A DNA stretch of 63,391 bases, filler included, from Choristocarpus tenellus KU-1152 (Eukaryota; Protista; Phaeophyceae): the NCBI GenBank assembly GCA_964200185.2. It is 13 parts of 13 records of this genome, joined end to end, with 100 filler letters (N's around TTAATTAATTAA, not from the genome) between each part and the next. Parts side by side here need not be neighbours in the genome. Positions count along the whole stretch, not along the records: positions 32,518 to 40,599 come from CAXNAD020005182.1; positions 40,700 to 50,303 come from CAXNAD020003541.1; positions 50,404 to 53,360 come from CAXNAD020023367.1; 10 more parts are not named here. One strand, given 5' to 3'. A model generated the notes under the pieces. The model worked only from the letters and a program-made list of their open reading frames with translations. It was not told where the DNA came from and did not search any database. Of the stretch, positions 38,701-51,822 are shown piece by piece. How positions within the stretch are numbered: position 1 is the first letter of the stretch; each line of letters begins with the position of its first letter. The translations under genes and the position numbers were made by a program.

Positions 38701-40439
38701 ATAGCAGCAGGCATACCCAATGTAAATGGTCACCGCAATGTGACACCCCTCGCCTAAGAGTCTAAAGGTATCCTTCCTGAAACATCCTTACCATGATATC
38801 TTGCATCCTTTGCTCCTCATCGCAGTCTAGGGTCCCTGATTCTAGGTAATCTATTGCTCAAATGATTTTTGACTTTATTTCATTTGTACAATATGGTACA
38901 CCATACTATCATATTATTGAATTCAAGCTCCTGTTAACCTCACCTCTATATGTTGTTTCCAACCGTTGCATCTCCATTAGGGTGTACTCACACACCTCAA
39001 GTCTAGATTATAGCTTTTTCTTAATGTTATGGTCTGCATACCCTTACTGCTCCATTTTCACCATCATCAGCTATCTCCCGGTTCAGTCTTCTATTCCCAT
39101 TATGTCGAGGTATATGCTATCGCCCCATGCTACCTTCATACATCCAAGAGTTCTCAATGTCATTTGTCATGCATTCCAGTTTCGTAACAATCAAATCCCT
39201 TCTCGTCTGCCCACTTTTAAACCCCCTCTTTTTGAAACTGAAGTTCACTCCTGGAACAATGCACCCCCTTTTCAATAATCGAGTTATTGTGTAAGTTTTA
39301 AACCCGACGTTATTTTCGGTAGATGGGCAATATTTCTGATTCTTAAAGGCAACGTGCATATTTTTTCAACCTAAAATCAAATGACATGACTAAGCACTTC
39401 ACTATCAACTTTTCAATGTCTCCACGAACACCTGGTTTCTCTCTATGTACCTTGTTGTTCAGCCGGGGGACAAGGACAGCATAATGCGGGCAATGACTTA
39501 TATACGTGATGTGAGGAAGAAGGCACCCATGGTAACTGGAATGTTTGGTCCACTCCGGGACACGGTTTTGTTGCTCAAGGGTCGTGGCATACCAATGGAT
39601 CTCCCTCCTGTGAACAATCAGGTGCAGTAGTTGGAGGTGACAACATTGCAGAATCTCTTGGCAAAGGGATGACTGGCTTGAATGTATCTGATCGAGTTTC
39701 TTCCTCCTTCCCTTGTACAATTTGTTCCTGCATTTTATTAAATTAGTTGGTTTATGTTTCGAGAGAGCAGTAGGTGGCATCAGCTGTGAGAGATGGGGGT
39801 GTGAGAGTGCTAGTGTTGTTCTAAGTTGCAGTTAAAAATCTATCATAGAGGATAATATATTTTTTATAATACCAGCTGAATATAGTCCCATCACAAAGGA
39901 ACAGTGGTCTTTTGTTAGCTGGAATGACCGTTGTCTTTCACCGCACCTCACAAGGTAGGCATTGAGTGTACATGGATGATTTCCCACTGAATTGCTGTAT
40001 TCTGGAATGTCACATACTCAAAATTGGAATATAACGTAGGACCAAACTGTAATATTTTCCTGGCTATATGCTCACCTCAAATTGTGTCACTGCATTCAAA
40101 GCCCTACCTTCCCCTTGGCTCTGCAGCCCCAGTCTCTCTGACAATGGGGGCCAAGCGGCATAGCACTGAATCCAGAAAGGATTAGCAGACACCAGGATTG
40201 TAGTTGCAGGCACTGTACACAGAAGAACACATTTCAATAAGAGGCAGAAAAAGTAAGAATCTGAACCATTGATCACTTTCTATGCTCGAGTTCAGGCTGC
40301 CTTAGAATTTCTGGAGTCTGCCCCAATGCTTTGGGATGGCACTGTGAATAAAGCATACCGAACAAAGGGTGAGATTCAACCGCTACAGAATGCAGCTGCA
40401 GACAACATACGCAAGGATATTTCTGCTTTTGGAGAAGAG
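32518..40439 (+). CDS. Axonemal dynein heavy chain, tail region (partial). Exons include ..32635, ~33221-33381, ~34071-34195, ~34629-34760, ~35247-35380, ~36110-36258, 37459-37836, ~38360-38481, ~39463-39621, ~40296-40439
   Basis: LNWRSVGIEPFIDE, WKNYGDFINS, YDYLWKSDLQEIFQEF, LRVNSQPIKQAISTWVTKWIYLFTQSL, MFGPLRDTVLLLK, EIQPLQ: pattern of outer-arm dynein tails. Confidence 0.88.
36518..36764 (-). mobile_element. MITE family A, in a dynein intron
   Basis: Reverse complement of the family A consensus. Confidence 0.9.
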
Positions 40440-41038
40440 GTCTGTGCTACACGCTTCTAGCAACCTTGGCCATAGCATTAGCTCTTGCCGGCTCAAAGTA
40501 TTTAGGGGGGGGGGGGGGGGGGGTACCCCCAGGGGGTTCCTTTCGGCCCGGAAAAGAGGGGGGGACCTATAATTTTTTCCTCGCACCGCGACCACAAAAN
40601 NNNNNNNNNNNNNNNNNNNNNNNNNNNNNNNNNNNNNNNNNNNTTAATTAATTAANNNNNNNNNNNNNNNNNNNNNNNNNNNNNNNNNNNNNNNNNNNNA
40701 TTTTGGTCCAAATGGACACCCTGGTGTAGACTCCCCCCCCCTCCCAGATACTTTGGGTCGCAATTTGATTAGCAACAAATGTGTAGACACAAAATGCAGT
40801 GGTCCCTCCTGACCCTTGTGATGAAATAACCCTTCCCACTGCAATTCTGCCTTGTATTGAACTAGTCCAATTGAAACCCATGGTCGTAAACAGATCAGGC
40901 CCGACTGTATTGTCATCAAAACCCAGGAAAAGATTAATCTTGCAGCGTCACCTGTCTAGGCATCAAATCGACTGCCTCACATACCCCTGCCTTCCCTCTT
41001 CTCCATGGGTCTCTGTAATTGTCTGTAACCAACATCAG

Positions 41039-44000
41039 GTGATGTTTACAGAAGAGGCAGAGAGGGCTCTGGAGGAGTACGAGAATGGAGCTGAGGACTC
41101 TATGAAAAAATATCATGAGGTTTGCTGTGTGAGGCTGGAGGGCCTCATCAAGTTGGTGCAAGGAAGGTATAACCACAGTAATGAGGGTGGGTCACAATAG
41201 TGAAAAAGGAGAAATTGGGACTGGAGAATATTCAGATTGAGGGCACATGTGATACTGGATCCCCCCAATGACGTAACCTTGGACTCAAAATTTTCTGTCT
41301 TCAGATTAACTATCCCTTATTGTAGATGAAAGGTGAAATGTAATGTGGATGCAAGTGTTGCAGTGGGAGGTTTTCATTATGATACTCTCTGAGTTACGTT
41401 TCCCACACCCTCAACTGTTCAAATACAAAATATCCCAGGCTGACCAAGGAAGAGAGGGCAAAAATAATCACGCTTATCACTATTGATGTCCACAGTCGCG
41501 ATGTCATCCAGGTAAGAGGCCTAGCGCCAAACTTGAGGAAAGCGTGTGATATCTTCTTTTTGGCCTCTGACTATGAAAAAAGAAGGACTGAGCACCATAG
41601 AGGAGAGCATGCTGTCTAGTGTTGTCACTTAACCCAAGTAGAAAGGTACTGGAAAAACTAGAACTGAATGCAACTTCTGTTGGTCCATCACGTTCATCTA
41701 TAATCTATGTACTTCCTGACTGTTACACTCCAGACATAAGTATGCTACTAGTAATCTGGTATCCCAATTGCCAATTTTGTCTGAAGTCAGTGTGCTATCC
41801 TCTTGACCCTCAATACAACTTACCTTTCTCTCACACACTCCCCATAATGCCATAGACATGATATTGATCACTTCTATGTATGTGGTACCTGTGGGACCTA
41901 CCACTACACGAACATCATAATTAACCCCCTCCCACCACCCTCAGGGCCTCATTGACCGCCGGGTTGAGAACAATTTGGATTTTGCATGGCAGTCTCAGCT
42001 ACAGTACTACTTCAGTCCCCAGGTGAGACCACAGGAAAGACCATAATGTTTTGGTTGTGCAGTCACAGGATGCAACCAAAACGAATAGGAAGGACATGGT
42101 ACTACCAGTACTCGAAGAGAAGAAGCATCATTTGAGAAATTATAATGACTTATCGTGCTGACAACAAACGCACCAAAAATAGGAATCTACGGCAGAATTT
42201 CAAATGACATAGAGTCCCAAGCAACCACACAGACCTGAGAAGCACATTTGTGCACTATCACACAAGAAATTGTCCATGCTACCTCAGGATAACTCTGTCA
42301 AGAAAATAAGGCATATCGTACCATCTAGCCACATATTGAACCTATTTTCCATCTTACACGACAAAACAACAACACACCTCCTGTGCCCACAGGGTCCAGG
42401 CTCAACAGATGCCGCTTCTTTGGGAGTGGCACAAGGAGGTGATACTGGCGACAGTGAAATCAACAGTGTTGTGAGGATTAAGGCAAGTTCTGACTCAGCT
42501 TTTGTCTCTTAAACTATTTATTTTCCATGTCCTTGTTGCTGACAATTTTCTACTTAAAAATCGAAGAAAATATAAAGGGGAAAACGACACCAATTCCTCA
42601 AGAGTAGTGCCTGTATTCAACAACTGCTTCACACCTGCTCCTTTCAAGTGCTTGAAGTATTGCCTTGTGGAGATTCTGAGCACTACATCAACCAAGTATC
42701 TAAGCTGAACGCACTCATGACTATCTATTCTGGAACAGATTTGCGACTTCCTGTCACTCTACTCATTTGAGTATGTTGGCAACTGTGGTCGACTGGTCAT
42801 TACTCCTCTCACTGATCGGTGCTATGTCACCTTGACCACTGCCCTGAGGCTCATGCTTGGAGGTGCACCTGCTGGGCCTGCAGGGACAGGAAAGACTGAG
42901 ACAACAAAGGTAGGATGAGTACACATTGTATCAATGGGGGGGGATGGAGTAGAATGAGTGGAGTGATAGAAGATGAATACAACCCAGAAAGATCCTAAAT
43001 TCTATAAGGTCTACAACAAAGATTTGTCAGTGGTGAGACCTATAGCAGCACAGCGGAAATGGTAACACTCTTCTGCAAGTATTGTTGATCGTATATGGCC
43101 CATTTTATCCTAGAGTGGGGTTCAGGTGTCCATTTGGGGCCTTTGTTACCCTCCACAGATATCAATGTCAATTGAGTAAAAGTGTGGAATGTAAAGGTAA
43201 TTTCCTTCATCTGCACACACCTTCCTTTTCTATCCCCCTGCCTGTACAAAATTCGAAGGAAAGTCATCCCTGCTGCGGGCATGAAACGGCATATCTTGTA
43301 ACAACCCATCAAACCCCAAAATGAACAAACTGAGCAAAACACCCCCTCTAGGATGCCGTGGACCAATAGATGACTCGCAATCAGGCCCAGTCCAGAGTAA
43401 TATCAGAGATGAAATTGATTAGACACAAATGCAAACCAGTGTTTTTAAGATCACTGACAGCTAAATGAGCAGCATTTTTTACGGATTATTATATATTCAA
43501 GTGCCTTTTTATCGTCCCTGTATTCACTCTCTCAGGAAGGGTCTGTATCTTGATCGGTGGTCTAAGCCTGTTTTGGATGTTGAAGAGATAGCAGGTAGTA
43601 TCAACTATGTTTCCATTGTAGCAGCTTACTTTAGAGCTCATGATCACCAAGTCTTGTCATTCCCTTTTGAATGGATGCACTACAATATAAAAGGTTAATG
43701 TCTTACAATGCCAATGAAAGCATGCCATTGTCTCCATATACATGAATTTGTCCATTGATTAGCCCATAGAACTACTTTGAGTAAGCAGTAAACAAGCCTA
43801 TCCAAGCAGTAAACAAGCCTATCCCGTACACTCTCTGCCACTACTATTAATCTATATCTTGCACATCCATGTTCCCATCCTTTCCATATTTTCATATAAA
43901 TAGGACTTGGCAAGGGGCCTCGGTCTACCATGCTATGTGTTCAACTGCTCTGATCAGATGAACTACCGCACAATGGCTGACATATTCAAGGGACTCACCC

Positions 44001-47000
44001 AAGTAAGCAAAGTATTCCGGAACAACGAAGTACTGGGTACTTCTTATCACTTGATCCTAAATACAGGCAGAAAAACGCACATGTACAGGACGGATACGAG
44101 CGACCCTGGTGCTTCGATCCACATTTTGTTTCAAGAGACTGCAGAACAATATATCTGATCGTTAGGATTTCTGTGGCACTTTGTTTGCACGTGGGCATTG
44201 TTAGGGTTCTGATTCAACCAACATTTCTTACCTGTCAGCACTGCACAACAAACGTTTCCAATTGTTCAGGTTGGAGCTTGGGGATGCTTCGACGAGTTTA
44301 ACCGGATTTCGATCGAGGTAAGATATTTTCAGAAGTGTGGACAATGATCATGCCCTCAAATTGACAATCAACAATGTACTTACCACAGCAGAGAGAGGGA
44401 GGCAAGCAGTAGAATCAATGCACCAATTGCCATCTGCCAACTACTCTGAATTAACAGGCAATAAAGTTGACCTACAAATTGCCTTTTTTTATATTTCCTT
44501 TTCAATTCCAACACATGCTGGTTGATGCTCGTGTATACCTTTGAGCCAAAGCAAATGAGGGGTACCCAGGTTTTTGACCATTTTACATTTTTGGCGACTC
44601 TGTTCATCTTTGGAAGTCTGCCTTATTTCTGTGGATGAAGTGCTAAGATTGACTTGAGAGTATTGATTTCTCTGTTGCTTGAATTGCTTCAACAGAATTC
44701 CAGAAAAGTCCCTTTAATCATTTATATAAAAAGTTGAATTTTGCACATTTGTCAGCATCCTCAAAATGCAACCCTGGGTACTTCTTGTTTACTTTTACTC
44801 TTTTTTAGTGTAAATCTTGGGCACATGTTCTAAAGAGGAAATCTAAACTGCACAGCTCTATCAAACAGATGAAAGCAGCAGTTTGTTTAATTGAATACTG
44901 GGCCCTACAGTGCAGTAGTTTTTTTATTTCTTCAGAAGTTGCAAGAGACATTTTGTGAATAAGACCAAAGAATTGCAAGCCATATCCTTGCCTACGTAGA
45001 TTTGTGTCCCTCCTAGGAAACCCCGTATAGAGTACTTGGTAGAGCTCTAGAACTCTAAATTGCGCGCAGAGTAGTAGAAGAGAATTCTAGGATTGACCTA
45101 AGCCCAACTTTTCTTCTTAAAGGCCTCCACCAAGTACTCTGGAAAAGAGTTCCACCTGTAGATATCACTGGGACTCCCCCCACTGTTTCTGTCACTCTGT
45201 CTAGGCAAAGAGTAATATGGATCTTTCCTTGTCAACAGACCAGGTATGTACTTTGCTAATGCCCTCTACTCCTCTGTGGTCTCCAATGGAAATACATATG
45301 CTCAAATGTAACTCCAGAGGGTGCATTGCAGTAGGTAGAATAATAGTACTCAGTATTGGGATCTTGGAACTCCTGGCCAATCAAACCATCAAGGGGGAAA
45401 TAATCCATCAGACGACATTACAACCACCACTTTCCCTTGTTGTTCACTCCTTGGGCAAAAGGTCAAGGAATCATCCCCTGTCATATAGTACACTCACATG
45501 CAAATTTTTCACAACACTTAAAAGCAATAGCAATGACATCCCTCTGCCCTAAGTCATTAGACACCATACAACCTCTACAATACATTATTCCCTTCACCGC
45601 ATGAAGTTCCTCAAACAGGTGCATCACCTTTGATCTCACGTCCCCCATCCAGGTGCTGTCCGTGGTAGCAAGTCAGGTCAAGTGCATCCAGGCGGCAGTA
45701 GCCGCAGTCTCAGCTGTCTACATTGGAGAGCAGCTTCGTGGGGAGGGAGGTCATACCAAGGTGGATCAGCTTTGATGCTACTCCCACCTCATTACCACCA
45801 TTCTTGTCATTTCAGAATTTCTTGCTGACCTCCATTTGATGCCTCCCTTTTGAGATGATGCTTGCTTGCTGTTGATTCATGCTTCCTTGATGACCCACCT
45901 ACTCCCCAGTTCTTACCTAATCCAATCTATCATCCGCATCCAAAATTTTACTCTTCGGAATCTTACTCATTGAATGAAATTTGAAATGTACTCTATTAAA
46001 ATTACATTATAGCACATTGCATTTAATCTTTCAAGAGGGTGCGTTCAGGTTACACCAAAATGTGGACTGCACCTATTTCATCACGACAAATGTTTGTCTG
46101 TTAGAGTTGGCATATGGGAATGAGAATAATCTCTAGCTTCACTAGAGTATATTGGGATTGTTCTACCATGATAAGCACACCAGTTGTAAGGCAGACAAAA
46201 AAAAAAAAAAACATGATATGATACATCAGATCTATTTGATACTGCCAATGAGCACCAAATGTAACTATGACCAGGTCAAGAAACAACCAACTCGGAGATG
46301 TATGATTGTGTGCAAACATTTTTTTGTTGTTCATCTACGTAGTTTGCCAAAACATTAATCCCATGTACAGGCTGGAACATTTGACTTCCTGGGGGAAATA
46401 ATTTCAGTGGTGCCTATGTGTGGGTTCTTCATCACCATGAATCCAGGATATGCCGGTAGGACAGAGCTGCCAGAGAACTTGAAGGCGTTGTTCAGGTGCA
46501 AAGAGATGTTGGTTCTTCATTGAAGCATGTGAAGCAACATGCCAATAAAAAAGTGTGATTCGACTTTTAATAATCTGATTAAGTCCAGTGTCTCTCTCTT
46601 CTGCTGATGTTTGTAGCAGGTTCAGGAAGCGATTTTTTTCTTTCGAAAGCCTGTTACCCAGTTCTGTTGGAAAACAAATGAAGAATAAAATATACAGCTT
46701 CCAAACAGAATATATATTTGGTATCCTTCGTGATAGAAGACGCTGTATACAAATTATATTCGTGCAGTAGCTGTTTTGAGTTTCAGATTTCTCTACCTGT
46801 AGCAAGGGGAGCGAGTTTTTTTCTGCCAGAAGAAACTGCTTGACTCGCCATGTGAAACATCAAAATATAACAATGTACTGCAGAATATATAGTTTAGGTC
46901 TACATCTCTTCCTACACTTTCTTCATTATGTTCTCTTTTCTGTTTGTACTCTGGAACTTTGAGTTTCCCCTGTAGAAAAATAATATTTTCACTCCACCAA

Positions 47001-49570
47001 GCACACTCAGATAAATATTTCCTACCCTGCAGTATCATTTGCATGTCTAAAGGCTCAAAGTATCTGGGGGGGGGGTGGCGGCTGTCCATTTGGGGTCAAT
47101 TTTTTAATGTCACAATTCTTGGGAGGTTTGGTTGTATACGTCGGATGGATAATGCGTAATGCACTTTTTCTGATTTTGACCCAAATGGATACCCTGGTGT
47201 AGACCCCCGCCCCCAAATACTTTTGGCCAAACACAGTCAAGCTCAAGTCACAAAAAGAAATCATTTTCTTTATTAGAACAATATTATTATGGTGTCATCT
47301 TCGTTGTGAGCTGCTTGGGTCCCATATAGGTACTCTTTTCCCGAGGTTGATGATATCGTCCATCTCCACTCCCCACTGTTCCGTTTGATCTATTGATATT
47401 TTGATATGCTGCGACTTCCAAGCAAATGTTCTGCCCATTTCTTCTCGACTTCGAATGCCCTCCACCTGTTGGGTGCCGTACAGGTCATGCGCAATGATTC
47501 GACCTGATCTTCGACCAATTTGTGAGAACATGTTAATGGCGGAGGGTTTTATCAAGGCTCGATCTCTAGCCGTCAAGTTTGTCACGTTGTACTCGCTTTC
47601 TTCTGAGCTCCTCTCAAAGCAGGTGACAGCTGGTGTGCTCTACCGGTGTTCCTTTTTTTCATCTTATGATTTCAAGAAATCGGGGACTATTTCTACTAAG
47701 GCGATTGAGGCCTGGAGATATTCTATGAGAGTGCATATACCCCTCATTGAAGATAATGTACAGGAAATGATGCTGAAATATTGTCTCTGAGGTCACCTCT
47801 GTGATGAAAAGAATTCTAAAATATGCAGTGCTTACTGCATGTCAGATGACACCAAGTATAATACATGGTCAGTTAAAAGGTCTATGAAAAAAATAGTAAA
47901 TTTTCTGTACTAACAAAGACATATTTTTGAGGTTGCCAGCATAGATCCCCTGACCCTGGTTGCAAAGCTGTTCCATATCACCACCCTATTGCCCTTCCTT
48001 TTTTATTTTCCAAAATATTCCTCAGGCACACTACGACTGGGGACTCCGGGCGGTTAAATCTGTTCTTCTAGTTGCTGGAAAACTCAAGCGATCCGAACCT
48101 GACATTGATGAGGAGGGCATCCTTATGCGCACCCTTCGAGATTTCAACACCCCGAAGGTATGATACTCCAAAAAATTTCACCAACGCAAAGTACTACTAA
48201 GTTGTTGTCTATGTCACACAGGCAACTGTCAGCGAAACAAACCTTCATTCATTGCATGCTACGCTTGAAGTAAAATTTGTGATGCAGGTATCCCGAACTT
48301 TTGATTTCCCTCAAGCAACGACAACCTTCGGAAAGAAGAAACACTCACATTGTCTGATAAAACCATATTCTCCTCATGTGATGTACAAATGGAATGAAAT
48401 GACATGTGGTCTCCCAAATGGTGATTGTCCTCACATGCCTCCCGACATACTAAGAATTGTGCATGTGCCAATAGATTGTAATGGTGCTGAAATGTGTACT
48501 AGAAAGAACTTACCTCCCGGTTCATTGTTTGCTAAACTGTATGAATGCCCCTGTTTGCCTTCCTCAGATCGTGACAACTGACACACCAATATTCTTGAGA
48601 CTCATCCACGACCTGTTCCCCAACATGGATCTATCCACCAAGGCAAGACAGATTACTCCTGTAACGTTCTTCAGTACCATATAATACACCTCTCCACTGC
48701 GCTCAATCTTCAACTGAGTAGCCTAGTACTGCTAGCAATTTGATCAACTAATACAGACCAAACTTATACTTCTAGGTAGTAGTAGTCGAAAGAATACAAG
48801 AAGAGCGCTTTTTATATAGAAAGTGAGACAACATAAATTAAATACAATATGGGATTGAACTGCATGGAGTGTACTGAGGTCCGGTAAACCACTAATTGCA
48901 ACTAAATGCTTGGTGGGTTGATTTAAGCATTTGCTACCAATGGTGTATCTGCTATTATAAAGCTTGAGTACGAAGAATCCAACCTTGGAAATCCTGTGCA
49001 ATCCTCAAGTGAGTTGAAGTGCAACGACTCTTCCATATTTCATCCATAGTAGCTATAGTCTACAGTGCCAAATTGACTGATGCAAAGAGATCCAATGTCT
49101 ACCGTGTACAATACATTTAAAGCAGGTCAATGAATCCTTGTCAGAGGCTTGCTCATCAGTATGTATTGAGGGACTAAGTCTTCAACCGGATCATGACTTC
49201 ATTGTAAAAGTTATTCAGTTCCAAGAACTACTGGAGGTTCGACACAGGTGCCACTTGAGAAATGCTGACTACATTTTCTACTTGTCCTCCACTCAACACA
49301 ACCCTGTACCTCAACTACTCGGAGCACTCGCCTTAATTACAGAGCCCCACGCCATGTGGTAGTCTAGTTTCAGTGCTGGCAGTTGAAAAACATCAATATA
49401 GTTCTGCAGAAAAATAGAAATCGCTGACCAATCCAAATTGTTTCTATCCAAGTGTAATGTTGCTGGGCCCTGCAGGCTGCGGTAAGACCACAATATGGAA
49501 GACATTGATGGCCTGTCAAAACAGAGGGAAGGCTAAGGCGGCTGCTGTAGCCGAGCCAGTAAACCCAAAG
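41039..49570 (+). CDS. Axonemal dynein heavy chain (outer-arm, DNAH9/11/17-like), end of linker + AAA1 + start of AAA2; about 14 exons; probably the same gene as 32518-40439
   Basis: [43 protein letters not shown]-loop1 [61 protein letters not shown]-loop2 GPAGCGKT. Confidence 0.97.
43097..43364. mobile_element. Diverged MITE subfamily E, in a dynein intron
   Basis: Imperfect TIR ..ATCCTAGAG / CTCTAGGAT.. plus the subterminal GTCCATTTGGGG motif shared with A/B. Confidence 0.55.
44543..44800 (+). mobile_element. MITE family D, in a dynein intron
   Basis: GAGCCAAAGCAAAT...GTTTACTTTTACTC; TTT/TTT flanks; shares ATTTGTCAGCATCCT with 21055-21316. Confidence 0.85.
47052..47228 (+). mobile_element. 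MITE family B, complete, in a dynein intron
   Basis: GGCTCAAAGTATCTGGGG...CCCCAAATACTTTTGGCC; AAA/AAA TSD. Confidence 0.92.
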
Positions 49571-49626
49571 GTAACTGACGCTGTTAATACTGGTTAATTA
49601 CGGTGTAGCATGTTTGGACTGTAGTT

Positions 49627-49793
49627 GACCCAAAGTATCTGGGGGGAGGGGGGGGGGGAGGTCTACACCAGGGTGTCCATTTTGGACCAAAATCAGAAAA
49701 TGTGCACTTACATCATCCATCCGACAAAAATCACGACATGAAAAAAATGACCCCAAATGGACAGCCACCAACCGCCCCCAAATACATTGAGTC
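49627..49793 (-). mobile_element. MITE family B, both ends present
   Basis: GACCCAAAGTATCTGGGG...CCCCAAATACATTGAGTC; AGTT/AGTT flanks. Confidence 0.9.
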
Positions 49794-50724
49794 AGTTTGG
49801 AGAGCAGCGATAGACTGATGTAAGAATGTGGGCCCCATGATGATTTTATAATAATTTCTTCGTATTTCATCTTAAAGCTCTCTTTACCACATCTCCAGGA
49901 CCACACTCTCGTCTTTTCTTTCTAACTGGAGATTTCATGGTACAAAGTCGTTTCTAGATATTCATGAGAGCATCGTTCCTATCTTCTACAATTGATACAA
50001 GAGGTCAACTTCTCTGAAAATCATTGAAAATTTATGCCTTGAAGGACCAAGAATATCTTCTCTATTTTCTTCACTACAGATACCAGTTATGTTTGTACAA
50101 TATTTCGAAGGCTGAAAGTATCTCGGGGGGGGGGTCAGCTGTCCATTTGGGGCCCATTTTTCCATAACATGATCGCTGGGTGATTGGATTCATGCATCAG
50201 ATGGATAGTGTAGGTGCACTTATCCTGGTCAGGGCCTGAATGGACACCCGGGAGTAGATCCTCCCCCCCCCCCCCCCCCCCCCCCTCCCTTGCTGCAAAA
50301 ACCNNNNNNNNNNNNNNNNNNNNNNNNNNNNNNNNNNNNNNNNNNNNTTAATTAATTAANNNNNNNNNNNNNNNNNNNNNNNNNNNNNNNNNNNNNNNNN
50401 NNNCCCGGGCCCTTCCAAGTGCAAAAACAGTTGCAAAAAAAACCTTTCGGTACTTTTTCAAGACCGTTTTTGCAGAACAACCATCCTCATAGCCACGCTC
50501 CATCCTCAATTTTTAAAATCCACTGTTCAACGCAGAAACAAAATCAGTACAAATATTATATGCACTTAAATAGTGTCAAATTCTGATATTTGAAACACAC
50601 GTACTTACAGTAGTTGGTAGGCGAAGTATAGTATGGTGGATAGTGGTACTGACCACGTATGGGATAGTCCCCAGACGAAATACAGTGGATAAGGACAATG
50701 ATAGTAATAGGAGCGGACATCGAT

Positions 50725-51110
50725 TTCCGTACGATGAGGACAAAGGCCTACTTCGGGATGTTGCTTTTGCAGAGGTTCGAGCAACCTGTCATTTAACCCA
50801 CTCATCCACCATCAATGGATTAGCTGATATTGCAGCAAAGACACGAAAACGCACTCACTAAGAGGGACATCTTGACCCTAGTAGTATAGATCTCAACATC
50901 TTTGTAGTGGAAAGTTTCGGGTGCCTTGGTGAATTAGCAGAGACTTGAGTTGACCACCCACGCCGTAGGGGGGAGAGGGGCTTGAGGGTACTAGCGGAGA
51001 GGGACTGTCAAGTCTCATTTGAGACAGATTGTGTCCGTCACTGCATAAGTGACTAAGTCGAGATGCGTTAATCGTTTAGAGCTAGAGACACCAGGCAGGT
51101 GGGCAATAGG
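50725..51110 (+). mobile_element. 5'-truncated decayed copy of the CRE-type non-LTR element (endonuclease end)
   Basis: DKGLLRDVAFAEVRATCHLTHSST...RKRTH...VVESFGCLG is homologous to 59370-59760. Confidence 0.85.
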
Positions 51111-51564
51111 GGGCCAGACAGATTCTTGAGATGATTCCCTAGCTCCTCGCACATCCTCATAGGGCTAGATTTGAAGCATCATAGCAGTGTGCATATCTTT
51201 TAGTAGAGAACAATCTCCAAGGAGACATAGTTCCGTTTTTAGCTTTCAAATTGTACTTATTATAGGAAGTGTGGCCTTTGCATTGACGATAACTGTTGTA
51301 TCTACAGTCGTGAGCTTAAAACAATTGGAGGTAGGCAGGTTTGAATCCTTTTGCATTCTAAGCCATCTTCCTTACCTTGCACAATACACTGTATTTAATT
51401 GCCTTAACTACACAATAGTGTACATGAAATTGATATTATTGCTCCTTTCTACACATAAGGTGACACCACTTTTCGGCAAAGGTTCTTCCTTCAATCTTTT
51501 CCCCGTTCTCGGGATCCTTAAATATAACCCTACCCTACCTCTCAGTTGGTTTGACTCATTTCTT

Positions 51565-51822
51565 GAGCCAAAGTATCTTAGAGGGTAGAGCCACGTCCAT
51601 TTGGGGGCCAAAATACAGTGTTGCGATTTCAATGTAAATTTGGCTATCGTGTTTGTTAAGAAGTTTCAACATCCTTGTTCCAAACACACCGTTTCGTAAC
51701 ATACATATTATACCTACTCCGAAATATTTTGGACTACGAAAATGTCATAATAACCCTGAGGGAAGCCAAGCCCCAAATGGACAAACAGGGCAAAACTCGT
51801 ACCCTCTAAGATACTTTCACTC
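51565..51822 (+). mobile_element. MITE family A
   Basis: GAGCCAAAGTATCTTAGAGGGTA...TACCCTCTAAGATACTTTCACTC; no TSD seen. Confidence 0.93.

Noticed and set aside
40440-41038. Direct continuity of the two dynein pieces
   Set aside because: Separated by a spacer, and a large tail/linker portion is missing; same-gene identity is likely but not shown
43783-43824. 21-bp tandem duplication in a dynein intron
   Set aside because: Ordinary slippage duplication
8802-51822. Repeated GTCCATTTGGGG / CAAAGTATCT motifs as a CRISPR-like array
   Set aside because: Dispersed, in both orientations, parts of TIR elements; no regular repeat-spacer structure and no cas genes
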